A DNA stretch of 64,000 nucleotides from an uncultured Pseudomonadota bacterium (lineage in GTDB: Bacteria; Myxococcota_A; UBA796; SXON01). The DNA lies in NCBI GenBank assembly GCA_903921785.1, contig CAIXRH010000199.1, positions 74,426 through 138,425 on the forward strand, read 5' to 3'. Position 1 is the first letter of the stretch. Every line of letters begins with the position of its first letter. Below the pieces are notes generated by a model, which was not told the DNA's origin, ran no database searches, and saw only the letters and a program-made list of their open reading frames with translations. Shown here in pieces: positions 1-8,546 of the stretch. The position numbers and the translations under genes are program-made.

Positions 1-128
1 GGGAGGCCTCCGACGCGGCGCCGCTCTTCGATCCCGCGGCGCTCGCCGCCACCCTCGCCGTCGGCTGGGACCTCGATCCCGCCGCCCTCGGCGGCGACGG
101 GGAGCCGTTCAGCGGGGTGTGGGGCTGA
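1..128 (+). CDS. 3' end of an unidentified gene entering from upstream of the window (partial)
   Basis: The frame beginning at nt 3 stays open to TGA 126-128, and nearly all third positions are G/C (...FDPAALAATLAVGWDLDPAALGGDGEPFSGVWG*). It is below the ORF-track length cutoff. It overlaps the convergent methyltransferase 3' end by 20 nt. No function is assignable. Confidence 0.3.
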   Translation, partial: EASDAAPLFDPAALAATLAVGWDLDPAALGGDGEPFSGVWG

Positions 129-1005
129 CCGACACGGGGCGCTCCGCGCCCGCGGGGGCGGCGACGCCACCGTCCGCGCTCGCCGTCAGGTACGGCGCGA
201 GCCGCCGCTGCATCACCGCCACCGCCTCCGCGCTCTTGTCCACCAGCACGACGTCCCGTCCGTGCTTCGCGGCCGCCTCGCCGAACGTGCCGCTCCCCGC
301 GAAGAAGTCGAGGAGCCGGTCGCCGGGGTTGGAGTGGACGCGCACCAGCCGCTCGATCACCGAGAGCGGCTTCTGCGTGGGGTAGCCGGTGCGCTCGCGG
401 CCGGTCGGGCTCACGATGGTGTTCCACCAGACGTCCGTCGGGGTCTTCCCGCGCGCCGCCTTGGTGGCGCCGACCATCCGCGGCGCCATGTAGGGGATGC
501 GGTCGATCTCGTCGTAGCGGAAGGTGTAGTTGTCCGGGTCGCGGGCGTACCAGAGCAGGGTGTCGTGCTTGGGCGACCACCGCCGCGTCGCCCGCCCGCC
601 GTAGTCGTAAGACCAGATGATCTCGTTGATGAACCCGTCGCGCCCGAAGAGCTGATCGAGCATCACCTTGGCGTAGTGCACCTCGCGGTAGTCGAGGTGG
701 AGGAAGAAGCTCCCGGTGGGGCGGAGCAGCCGGTGCGCCTCCTCCAGGCGCGGCTCCAAGAACGCGAGGTAGTCCGAGAACGAGTCGCCGAAGGAGCGCC
801 GCCCCAGCTTCACCGTCCGGTAGCGGTTGCCCTGGAATCCGACGCGATCCCCCTCCGCGTCCCGCACGGCCTTGATCTGGTTGCGCGACTGCGCCTTGCC
901 CGTGTTGAACGGCGGGTCGATGTAGATGAGGTCGAACGACGCCGACGGGAAGGTGGGGAGCACCGTCGCGTTGTCGGCGTGGAGGATCTCGATCGTCACG
1001 CGCAC
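109..1005 (-). CDS. Site-specific DNA methyltransferase, beta-class N6-adenine/N4-cytosine type
   Basis: 298-aa ORF. Motif IV (IYIDPPF) is N-terminal and motif I (FFAGSGT) is C-terminal, which is the beta-class order of the N4/N6 methylase family. GTG start at 1005; an alternative GTG at 999 has GAGG upstream. Confidence 0.85.
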   Translation of the reverse strand: MRVTIEILHADNATVLPTFPSASFDLIYIDPPFNTGKAQSRNQIKAVRDAEGDRVGFQGNRYRTVKLGRRSFGDSFSDYLAFLEPRLEEAHRLLRPTGSFFLHLDYREVHYAKVMLDQLFGRDGFINEIIWSYDYGGRATRRWSPKHDTLLWYARDPDNYTFRYDEIDRIPYMAPRMVGATKAARGKTPTDVWWNTIVSPTGRERTGYPTQKPLSVIERLVRVHSNPGDRLLDFFAGSGTFGEAAAKHGRDVVLVDKSAEAVAVMQRRLAPYLTASADGGVAAPAGAERPVSVSPTPR

Positions 1006-1051
1006 CTCGGGGGCACCGGGCTAACGCGGGGGGCAGACCGGAGGCCGGCGC

Positions 1052-3481
1052 TCATTCCAGCCCCACGTCGTGGTCCCCCGCCCCGACGATCACCCGCACC
1101 CACGGGCCCTCTTCGTCGATGAAACACGCGTCGCAGCCTTCGGCGCCGGCGGCGAGCGCCGCACCATCGAGGGTCGCGCCCGTGGCGTCCGGGGCGTACA
1201 CCTCGACGTCCCAGCCGACGTACTGGTCGCCGGCGCGGAGGGAGATGTCGCCCAGGAACTCCATCGCGATGCGGGCGCCGTCCGCGACCGTCGCGCTCGC
1301 GCCGAGGCCCGGCACGATCCGCGCGTTGAGCGGCCCGGCTTCGTTCTCCCACGAGTCCACGGCGGGGTCGGTGGCCGGCGCGAGGGTCTGCACCGTGCGC
1401 CGGAGGAGCGGGATCACCGAGCCGGCCCGCTGAAAGAGGAGCCCCTCGCCGAGCGGCGCGTCGACCGTGATCGCGGAACCTCCCGAGTACCGCTCCCCGC
1501 TCCACCACGCGACCCACTCGCCGCCTGGCAGCGTGCCGCTCCACGAGGTCGCGCCCGCCTCCACCACGGGGGCGACGAAGAGGTCGTCGCCGACGAAGAA
1601 GTCGGTCTCGCTGTGGATCCCGGCCTCCGGCTCGGCGAGCCCCTGCGGCAGCACCACCGGGATGCCGTAGGCGAGCATCTGGGCGATCGCAGCCTGGTAG
1701 TACGGGAAGAGCCGGGTGTGGAGCTGGGCGTACCGGGCGAACGCGTCGAGCGTGGCCTGGTCGAACTGGCTGTCGCCGTAGGCGGTGAAGTCCCAGGGGT
1801 TGTGGTTCTCCCCGGCGCCGCCGTACTGCCAGACCGGCAGCGTCGCCGCGTACTCCATCCACCGGATGAAGCTCTCCTTGGTGGGCCGCCCGCCGCGGTA
1901 GCCGCCGGTGTCGCTGGCGAAGAACGGGTAGCCGCTCACGGAGAGGCTGGTCCCGCCGTGGATCGCGGAGGTGATCCCGCCGACGAGGATGTCCCCGTCG
2001 CGCTCGTCGTTCCAGCGCTCAAAACCGTTGTCGAGATCGCCGGGCCAGATCACGTCCGTGACCGTCTGGCAGCCGCGGCAGCCGCCCCGCCCGAGGAGCA
2101 TCCCCTCTTCCGCGTAGGGCCGGACATAGGGCGTGTGGTAGGCGCGGGCGAACTGGTGGTGCAGGGTGCGCTCGTCGCTCCCGTCGTCGAACGCCCAGGG
2201 CGGCGAGATGCGCGCCCCGACGACGCCGAGCTGGACGTCCTCCCCGTAGTCCAGCTTCCACCCTTCGATCCCCCGGTCCTTCGCCGCGGACACCCGCCCC
2301 TCCCACGCCGCTTCGGCGTCGGGGTTGGTCAGGTCCACGATGTCGCCGAAGGTGGAGAAGAGCTGCGGGCCCTGCACGAGCCAGCCGTTCGTTTCGTACG
2401 TCCCGTGCTCGGGGTCCGCGTCCTCCACGTAGGGCGTCGTCCACGCCATCATCCGGAACCCGAGCCCGTGCAGCTCGTCGACCATCCCCTCCCAGTCGGG
2501 GAACCGCGTGGGGTCCGGCTGCATGGAGTTGTAGGACGTCTGCCAGGGGTTGTCGACCCAGATCACCCCGGTGGGGAGGCCGAGCTCGCGGAGGGTGCGG
2601 GCGTCATCGAGCACGTCCGCCGCGCTCGCCACCTCGTTCCGCCACTGCAGGGGCGCGAAGGCCCAATCGGGCGGCACCTCGGGCGCGCCGGTGCGCTCCC
2701 AATACCGCCCGGTCACCTGCGCGGGCATCGGCGGGGCGTACAGGTCGAAGCTCACGCCGCCCACCTGCTGGACGAGGGCCGTCACCGCGTCGTCGCGGGT
2801 GGCGGCGACGTCGAAGACCATCGGCCGGTCGCTGTCGACGAGCATGCCCCAGCTCGCGCTGGAGACGAGCAGCGGCACCGGGACGTGCGCCTCGTTGTAG
2901 GCGCTCTCCCGGCTGAGCTCCACCTCGATCTGCATGGCGCGCACCCGCCCCCGGTGCAGCGGACTGTCGAACTGCTCGCCGAGCCCGTAGAATTCCTGAT
3001 CTGCAGCGCCGTCGAGCGTCATCCCCACATAGGGCGTGGCCGCGTCGTCGCCGACGGGCGTCAGGGTGAGCCGCAGCCCGGGGCCGCCCTCGTCCACGGT
3101 GAGGTTCGCCTCCCGATCCCCCTCGAATTCCACGAGGAAGTGGTCCCCCTCCCAGGTGGTGCCGGTGGACGCCCGGATGTGGAGCCCCTTGTTGCACGCC
3201 TCCGACACGTCCGCCTCGAACCCGGCGCTCGCCAACGTCCCTGCGTCGTTGCGCTCGTCGTAGAGCCACCAGGGATCGTAGGAACAACGCTCCCAGTCCG
3301 GCGTGGTGGCCTCCACCAACGTGAAGTCGAGCGTGTGGTCGTCGCCACGGGCAGGGAACCAGCGGAGAGCGCCGTCTCCATCGAGGGTGAGGCGCGCGCC
3401 GTCGGCATCGGTGAAGGTCGGCGGGGGAAGCGGCGAGGAGCCCTGCGGGCCGCACCCGGCCAGGAGGAGGAGGGGGAGCAT
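1052..3481 (-). CDS. Glycoside hydrolase family 31 lipoprotein (alpha-glucosidase/alpha-xylosidase-like)
   Basis: This is the C-terminal 809 codons of the 1499-aa ORF. ATG 3481 gives the lipobox MLPLLLLAGC. GH31 hallmarks are present: GVIWVDNPW, WKLDYGED, IWPGD, FFASDTGGY. The rest of the ORF is antisense to the neighbouring gene. Confidence 0.85.
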   Translation of the reverse strand: MLPLLLLAGCGPQGSSPLPPPTFTDADGARLTLDGDGALRWFPARGDDHTLDFTLVEATTPDWERCSYDPWWLYDERNDAGTLASAGFEADVSEACNKGLHIRASTGTTWEGDHFLVEFEGDREANLTVDEGGPGLRLTLTPVGDDAATPYVGMTLDGAADQEFYGLGEQFDSPLHRGRVRAMQIEVELSRESAYNEAHVPVPLLVSSASWGMLVDSDRPMVFDVAATRDDAVTALVQQVGGVSFDLYAPPMPAQVTGRYWERTGAPEVPPDWAFAPLQWRNEVASAADVLDDARTLRELGLPTGVIWVDNPWQTSYNSMQPDPTRFPDWEGMVDELHGLGFRMMAWTTPYVEDADPEHGTYETNGWLVQGPQLFSTFGDIVDLTNPDAEAAWEGRVSAAKDRGIEGWKLDYGEDVQLGVVGARISPPWAFDDGSDERTLHHQFARAYHTPYVRPYAEEGMLLGRGGCRGCQTVTDVIWPGDLDNGFERWNDERDGDILVGGITSAIHGGTSLSVSGYPFFASDTGGYRGGRPTKESFIRWMEYAATLPVWQYGGAGENHNPWDFTAYGDSQFDQATLDAFARYAQLHTRLFPYYQAAIAQMLAYGIPVVLPQGLAEPEAGIHSETDFFVGDDLFVAPVVEAGATSWSGTLPGGEWVAWWSGERYSGGSAITVDAPLGEGLLFQRAGSVIPLLRRTVQTLAPATDPAVDSWENEAGPLNARIVPGLGASATVADGARIAMEFLGDISLRAGDQYVGWDVEVYAPDATGATLDGAALAAGAEGCDACFIDEEGPWVRVIVGAGDHDVGLE

Positions 3482-3499
3482 CGGGGGAGTATACGCGGT

Positions 3500-6163
3500 A
3501 TGCTGCCGGGGATGGTGCTCGCCCTCCTCACGGGCTGCGGCCCGGTGGCCCTGCTCAACTCGCCCCCCTCGGTCCAGCTCGAGAGCCCCGACCCCGGCCA
3601 GCTCGTCAGCCACCGGGATCCGGTGGTCTTCGTGGCGACGGTGGACGACGACTACACCCCGATCGACGAGCTCACCTACCTGTGGGTGCTGGCCGACGGC
3701 ACCCCTATCCCCGGCGAAACCCTGATCGACGTGGCGGAGAACACCGTCACCTTCACCACGGCCGCGCCGCTGCCCAAGGGCGAGCCCACCGTCACGCTGC
3801 GGGTGATCGACGGGTTCGGCGAGTCGTCGCGCGCCACGGTGAAGCTCCTCGTGTTCGACGACGCCGCCCCGTCCATTACGTGGAACCACCCGGTCGACGG
3901 TGGCGAGTACGCGGGCGGCGAGCCGCTTGAGGTGTCGGTCACCATCACCGACCCCGACCCGCTGGCGGACACCCTCCTCACCCTGAAGTGGACCGGCGCG
4001 ATCCTCACCGGCGAGTCCGGCGTCCCAACCTCCCTCCCCGCGTCCGGAGATGCCACCTTCACCATCGACTCGGCGAGCCTCGCCACCTGGACCCTCGACC
4101 TTCAGGTCGTCGATCCCCTCGGGGCGACCACGGAGAGCGCGGTCACCTTCCGCGTGCGCGACGGCGACACCGACAAGGACGGCCACCTCGACGAGGCGCT
4201 CGGCGGCGACGACTGCGACGACAACGCGAGCACCGTCCACCCCGACGCCACCGAGCGTTGCAACGGCGTGGACGACGACTGCGACGGCGTCGCCGACGAC
4301 GCCGCGGTGGACGCACCGCTCTGGTACCTCGACCAGGACGGCGACGACTTCGGCGACGGCGCCACGGCCTACGCGAGCTGCACCCAGCCCGCCGGCCGGG
4401 TCGCCGACACCACCGACTGCGACGACACGAATTCGGCCGTGAACCCCGACGCCATCGAGGTCTGCAACGGCGTGGACGACGACTGCGACCTCAGCGTCGA
4501 CACCGACGCAGTCGACGCGACCTTCGTCTGGGCGGACGGCGATGGCGACGGGTACGGCGCCGGCGCCGGCTACGCCACGTGTTTCCCCGCGGCCGACGAG
4601 GTCGAGAACGGCGACGACTGCGACGATCTCGTCGACACCGTGAACCCCGCCGCCACCGAGGTCTGCGACCCCTTCGCCACCGACGAAGACTGCTCCGGCG
4701 CCGCCGACGACGCCGATCCGGCCGTGACCGGTCAATCCACCTTCTACGCCGACCTCGACGGCGACCTCCGCGGCGACCCCGCGCTCAGCGCCCTCCGCTG
4801 CGCGGCCGGCGCCGGGTGGGCGGCCAACGCCGACGACTGCGACGACGCCGCCGCTTCCGCCTGGACCGGCAAACCCGAGACCTGCGAAGACGGCGTGGAC
4901 AACGACTGCCTCGACGGCGACGCCACCTGCCGCCTCGCCGGCGGCGTCGACCTCTCCGCCGCCGACTACGTGCTGACTGGCGACAATCTCACCTTCGCCG
5001 GGGGCGCGATCACCTCCCTCGGGGACCTCGACGGCGACGGCCTCAACGACCTCGCCGTGGGCGCCTGGGCCGGGGACGACGTCTACGTGGTTCACGCGGC
5101 CGGGCTCGCCTCGGGCGCGCTCAGCGCCTTCGGCGCGTACTCCGGCACCAGTCACGACTACTTCGGCTGGAGCCTCGCCGGCGTGGGCGACGTCGACGGC
5201 GACGGCGCGCCCGACCTCCTCGTCGGCGCGGTGGACGCCGCCTCCGGCGCAGGCGCGGCCTACCTCTTTCAGGTCGACGCGGCGGGCGGCACCGAGGCAG
5301 ACGCCCTCTGGTCCGTCTCCGGGAGCAGCGGCGAGAAGCTGGGCGCCGGCGTCGCCGGCTCGGCCGACCTGGATGGCGACGGCGACCCCGACGTGCTCCT
5401 CGGCGGCGCCGGCTTCGTCCGCGTCGTCGACGGCCCCACCGGCACCCTGCTCGCGACCTGGACCGGCGCGGGGACCGGCGCCGGCGGCGCCCTCTCGGTC
5501 GGCTCCGACCTCGACGGCGACGGCCTCTTCGACGCCATCGTCGGCGACCACACCGTCGACGAAGCCTACGTCGTCTACGGCGGCACCCCCGGCGATCTCG
5601 ACCTCACCGCCGCCGACGTGCTCCTCACCGGCGTCAGCGGGGGCGATGAAGCCGGCTACTCGGTCGCCGGCCTCGGCGACAGCGACGGCGACGGCTACGG
5701 GGACCTGCTCCTCGGCGCCCCGAGCGCGACCGGCGCGGCCACCACCTCCGGCGTCGCCTATGTCTACTCCGGTGCCAGCGTCGCCAGCGGCTCCCTCGCC
5801 ACCGCCGCCACCACCTGGCTCGGCGAGGACGCCGCCGACCGCGCCGGCTACACCGTGGCCGCCCCCGGCGACGTGGACGGCGATGGCCTCGCCGACCTGC
5901 TCATCGGCGCGTACTACGACGAGTCCGGCGGCGTGGGCGCCGGATGTGCGTACCTCGCGTATGGCGGCCCCGCCGCCGGCAGCGTCTCCCTTGCCTCCGC
6001 AGACGCACGCTTCATCGGCGAGAACGCCGGCGACGCCGCGAGCGAGGGCCTCGCCGGAGTCGGCGACGTGAACGCGGACGGATATGCGGACTTCGCGGTC
6101 GGCGCGCCCAGCACGGGGGCCGCGGCCGGAACCGCCTACATCCTGCTCGGGGGAGGGCTCTGA
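3500..6163 (+). CDS. Surface lipoprotein with MopE-type Cys/Asp repeats and a seven-blade FG-GAP (integrin-alpha-like) region
   Basis: The start ATG 3500 lies inside the 1697-aa ORF, with GGGGGAG 10 nt upstream. Lipobox MLPGMVLALLTGC. Several DCDDxxxxxxPxAxExCNGVDDDCDG units lie at approx 4150-4925. Seven DxDGDGxxDLxVGA blades fill the C-terminal half. Stop TGA 6161-6163 overlaps the next ATG. Confidence 0.8.
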   Translation: MLPGMVLALLTGCGPVALLNSPPSVQLESPDPGQLVSHRDPVVFVATVDDDYTPIDELTYLWVLADGTPIPGETLIDVAENTVTFTTAAPLPKGEPTVTLRVIDGFGESSRATVKLLVFDDAAPSITWNHPVDGGEYAGGEPLEVSVTITDPDPLADTLLTLKWTGAILTGESGVPTSLPASGDATFTIDSASLATWTLDLQVVDPLGATTESAVTFRVRDGDTDKDGHLDEALGGDDCDDNASTVHPDATERCNGVDDDCDGVADDAAVDAPLWYLDQDGDDFGDGATAYASCTQPAGRVADTTDCDDTNSAVNPDAIEVCNGVDDDCDLSVDTDAVDATFVWADGDGDGYGAGAGYATCFPAADEVENGDDCDDLVDTVNPAATEVCDPFATDEDCSGAADDADPAVTGQSTFYADLDGDLRGDPALSALRCAAGAGWAANADDCDDAAASAWTGKPETCEDGVDNDCLDGDATCRLAGGVDLSAADYVLTGDNLTFAGGAITSLGDLDGDGLNDLAVGAWAGDDVYVVHAAGLASGALSAFGAYSGTSHDYFGWSLAGVGDVDGDGAPDLLVGAVDAASGAGAAYLFQVDAAGGTEADALWSVSGSSGEKLGAGVAGSADLDGDGDPDVLLGGAGFVRVVDGPTGTLLATWTGAGTGAGGALSVGSDLDGDGLFDAIVGDHTVDEAYVVYGGTPGDLDLTAADVLLTGVSGGDEAGYSVAGLGDSDGDGYGDLLLGAPSATGAATTSGVAYVYSGASVASGSLATAATTWLGEDAADRAGYTVAAPGDVDGDGLADLLIGAYYDESGGVGAGCAYLAYGGPAAGSVSLASADARFIGENAGDAASEGLAGVGDVNADGYADFAVGAPSTGAAAGTAYILLGGGL

Positions 6164-7263
6164 TGTCCGACGAAGGCGAGAAGTGGGAGCTCACGGTCCG
6201 TGAGGCCACGGCTACGGCGTGGTCCAAGAGTGAGACCGAGCTCGCGGAGGCGCTGCGTCAGCGGCTGGTGGTGGCGTTCCTCGGCTCGGCGTCGTCCGGG
6301 AAGGACAGCGCGATCCGCGTGCTCTTCGGCCTCGACTTCGGCGAGGTCAGCCCGATCCCGGGCTCCACGTCGTCGATCCGCGTGGCGGAGCTGGATCGCG
6401 AAGGGCAGGTGCTCCTGGTGAACGCGCCCGGCTTCGGCGACGTTCGCCGGGACGTCGACTCCACGGCGCGACGGGCGCTCGATGCGCTCGACATCATCGT
6501 CTACGTGGTGAATTGCGAAGGCGGCGCCACCGCGGACGAGCGCAACGACCTCGACCAGCTCCGGCGCGCCGGGCGCCCGGTCCTGGTGTGTCTCAACAAG
6601 ATCGACCTCATCCGCACCCGCGAGCGCGAAGCGTTCGTCACGGCCACGCTCGCCCAGCTCGGCGTGGACCCCAAGGAGGCCGTCGTCACCGCGTTCGACC
6701 CCCTCCCCCAGCTCGCCCCCGGGCCGATCGGGGTGGAGCCGGTGATCAACTGGATCGGGCTGCAGCTCGCGGCCTCCGGCAAGACGCTCCTGTTCGCCAA
6801 GCAGCTCCGGAACAAGGCGGCGGCGTGCGAGCCGATCATCCGCGCGGCGGCGCGCAACGCCGCCATCGCCGGCGCCGTGCCCGTCCCCGGGGTCGATCTC
6901 GCGGCGATCACCGCGATCCAGGTCAAGCTCATCCGCGACATCGCCACGGTGCACGACCAGGACCTCGGTCAGGACGTGGTGGCGTTCATCCTCTCGGAGC
7001 TGATGGCCAGCGGGATGCGCGGCGTGGTCCGCTGGGGGATGGAGGCCGCCAAGGCCGCCGGGTGGATGCCGGGCGGGCAGATCGCCGAGGGGATCATCCT
7101 CGCGATCTCCAGCTCCATGGCCGGCGCCACCACCTACGGCCTCGGCAAGGCCACGGTCGCGTGGATCCAGAGCGGGCGTAAGCTCGGCGCGGACGCGCTC
7201 CGCAGCGTCTTCGACGGCGCGGCCGACGCCTGGAAGACCGAGACCGCCCCGCGCGGCCGGTAG
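6163..7263 (+). CDS. Small GTPase (Era/HSR1-like G domain) fused to a C-terminal DUF697-like domain
   Basis: ATG 6163 overlaps the upstream stop (TGATG). G motifs: G1 GSASSGKD, switch I PGST, G3 NAPG, G4 NKID. The C-terminal AAIAGAVPVPGVDLAAITAIQVKLIRDIA...GATTYGLGKA fits the DUF697 pattern as I remember it. Confidence 0.8.
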   Translation: MSDEGEKWELTVREATATAWSKSETELAEALRQRLVVAFLGSASSGKDSAIRVLFGLDFGEVSPIPGSTSSIRVAELDREGQVLLVNAPGFGDVRRDVDSTARRALDALDIIVYVVNCEGGATADERNDLDQLRRAGRPVLVCLNKIDLIRTREREAFVTATLAQLGVDPKEAVVTAFDPLPQLAPGPIGVEPVINWIGLQLAASGKTLLFAKQLRNKAAACEPIIRAAARNAAIAGAVPVPGVDLAAITAIQVKLIRDIATVHDQDLGQDVVAFILSELMASGMRGVVRWGMEAAKAAGWMPGGQIAEGIILAISSSMAGATTYGLGKATVAWIQSGRKLGADALRSVFDGAADAWKTETAPRGR

Positions 7264-7265
7264 CC

Positions 7266-8546
7266 GTGGCCGGCGCCCCCGACGATCGCGGCAGCGGCAT
7301 CGACATCCCCACGGCGAAGGAGCCGCTGGAGCAGCTCTTCGTGCGGTGCCACCGGGACGAGCTGCTCCCCCTCGCGGAGCTGCTCAGCGTACCGACCGAG
7401 GGTGTGGGCCTCGGCCTGCTCGGCCGCAACCTCGCCCGTGCCGCGCGCCGGCTCGTCCGGCACGGGCTCCTCAACGCCGTGCTCTCCGGGGGCGACGGTC
7501 CACCGTGGCCCGATGTCTTGGCGTCCCTGACCGGGCGACGCCTCGTCGGCTGGGACGAGATGGCCGAGGTCGAGGTGGAGATCGTCCGCGACGCGACGGC
7601 CGAGGCGTGGCCCGCCCTGCCCGTCGAGGAGCGGCGCGCCCTGTGGACCCGCCTCCGGCTGGACGGCGAACCGCCGGGGGAAGGGGCCGTGGCGATGGCC
7701 GAGGCGCAGCGCGAGCTGGGCGGCAGCTTCGGCTACCTGCTCACCCAGGCCCGCGACCAGGTGCATGGGCGTCGTCACTCCGCATGGCTCACCCTGGCGC
7801 TGCTCTCCCCCTTGGGCTGCATCTGCCGGCCGATCTTCTTCGCCGTCTTCCTCGCTGGGGCGTTCGGGGCGATGCGAAGCGACCACAAGCGGCTGGTCAC
7901 GGTGGTTATCCACGTGGCGCGGCTGCGGCAGATCGTCCTGCACCGCATCACGGTAGGGCTCGTGGGGAGCCCCTCCACCGGCAAGGACGCGGGGATCAAG
8001 GCGCTCTTCGGGATCGACTCGGGGAACATCTCCCCGATCGCCGGGAGCACCCGGTCGGTGAACATCCAGCGGGTCCCCGGCGCCACGGCGCTCTACGTGG
8101 TCAACACGCCCGGCCTCGGCGACGTCGTGCAGCAGGTCACCGACGAAGCCAAGCAGATCCTGTCGCACATCGACGTGTACCTCTACGTGGTGAACGCGGA
8201 AGGCGGCGTACAGGCTCGGGAGCTGGCCGACTACACCGCGTGCAAGGAGAGCGGGAAGCCCGTGCTCGCGCTCGTGAACAAGATCGACCTCCTCCGCCCC
8301 CGCGACAAGGACCGCTACCTCGCCGACGCCCGAAGCAAGCTGGGCGCGGCGGAGGCTGACTTCCTCCCCGTCGCCTTCGACCCCATGCCCGAGCTCGCGC
8401 CCGGCCCCATCGGCCTGGAGCCCGTCCGCGAGTGGCTCGTGCGCACCCTCACCGAAGCAGGGAAGGACCCGTCGGAGCTGCCACCGCTGCCGACGCCCCG
8501 GGTCGCGGCGCCGGACGTCCCCCCGGAGCCGCCCCCCGCCGGATGA
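7266..8546 (+). CDS. Paralogous small GTPase with an N-terminal YaaW/UPF0174-like region and a hydrophobic hairpin
   Basis: GTG start 2 nt after the upstream TAG. The C-terminal G domain is clearly paralogous to the preceding gene (GSPSTGKD, AGST, NTPG, NKID, AFDPMPELAPGPIGLEPV). The N-terminal ~220 aa contain a YaaW-like pattern (low-confidence recollection) and the hydrophobic stretch LTLALLSPLGCICRPIFFAVFLAGAFGA. Confidence 0.75.
   Translation: MAGAPDDRGSGIDIPTAKEPLEQLFVRCHRDELLPLAELLSVPTEGVGLGLLGRNLARAARRLVRHGLLNAVLSGGDGPPWPDVLASLTGRRLVGWDEMAEVEVEIVRDATAEAWPALPVEERRALWTRLRLDGEPPGEGAVAMAEAQRELGGSFGYLLTQARDQVHGRRHSAWLTLALLSPLGCICRPIFFAVFLAGAFGAMRSDHKRLVTVVIHVARLRQIVLHRITVGLVGSPSTGKDAGIKALFGIDSGNISPIAGSTRSVNIQRVPGATALYVVNTPGLGDVVQQVTDEAKQILSHIDVYLYVVNAEGGVQARELADYTACKESGKPVLALVNKIDLLRPRDKDRYLADARSKLGAAEADFLPVAFDPMPELAPGPIGLEPVREWLVRTLTEAGKDPSELPPLPTPRVAAPDVPPEPPPAG

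Noticed and set aside
1070-3499. Upstream 810 codons of the 1697-aa plus ORF
   Set aside because: It is antisense to the GH31 gene. Translation is Arg/Pro/Gly-rich with no motifs. ATG 3500 with a lipobox is the credible start.
3482-5551. Upstream 690 codons of the 1499-aa minus ORF, which would give a GH31 N-terminal extension
   Set aside because: The extension is antisense to the FG-GAP lipoprotein gene and has a biased composition. An internal ATG at 3481 gives a clean lipoprotein signal directly before the GH31 domain.
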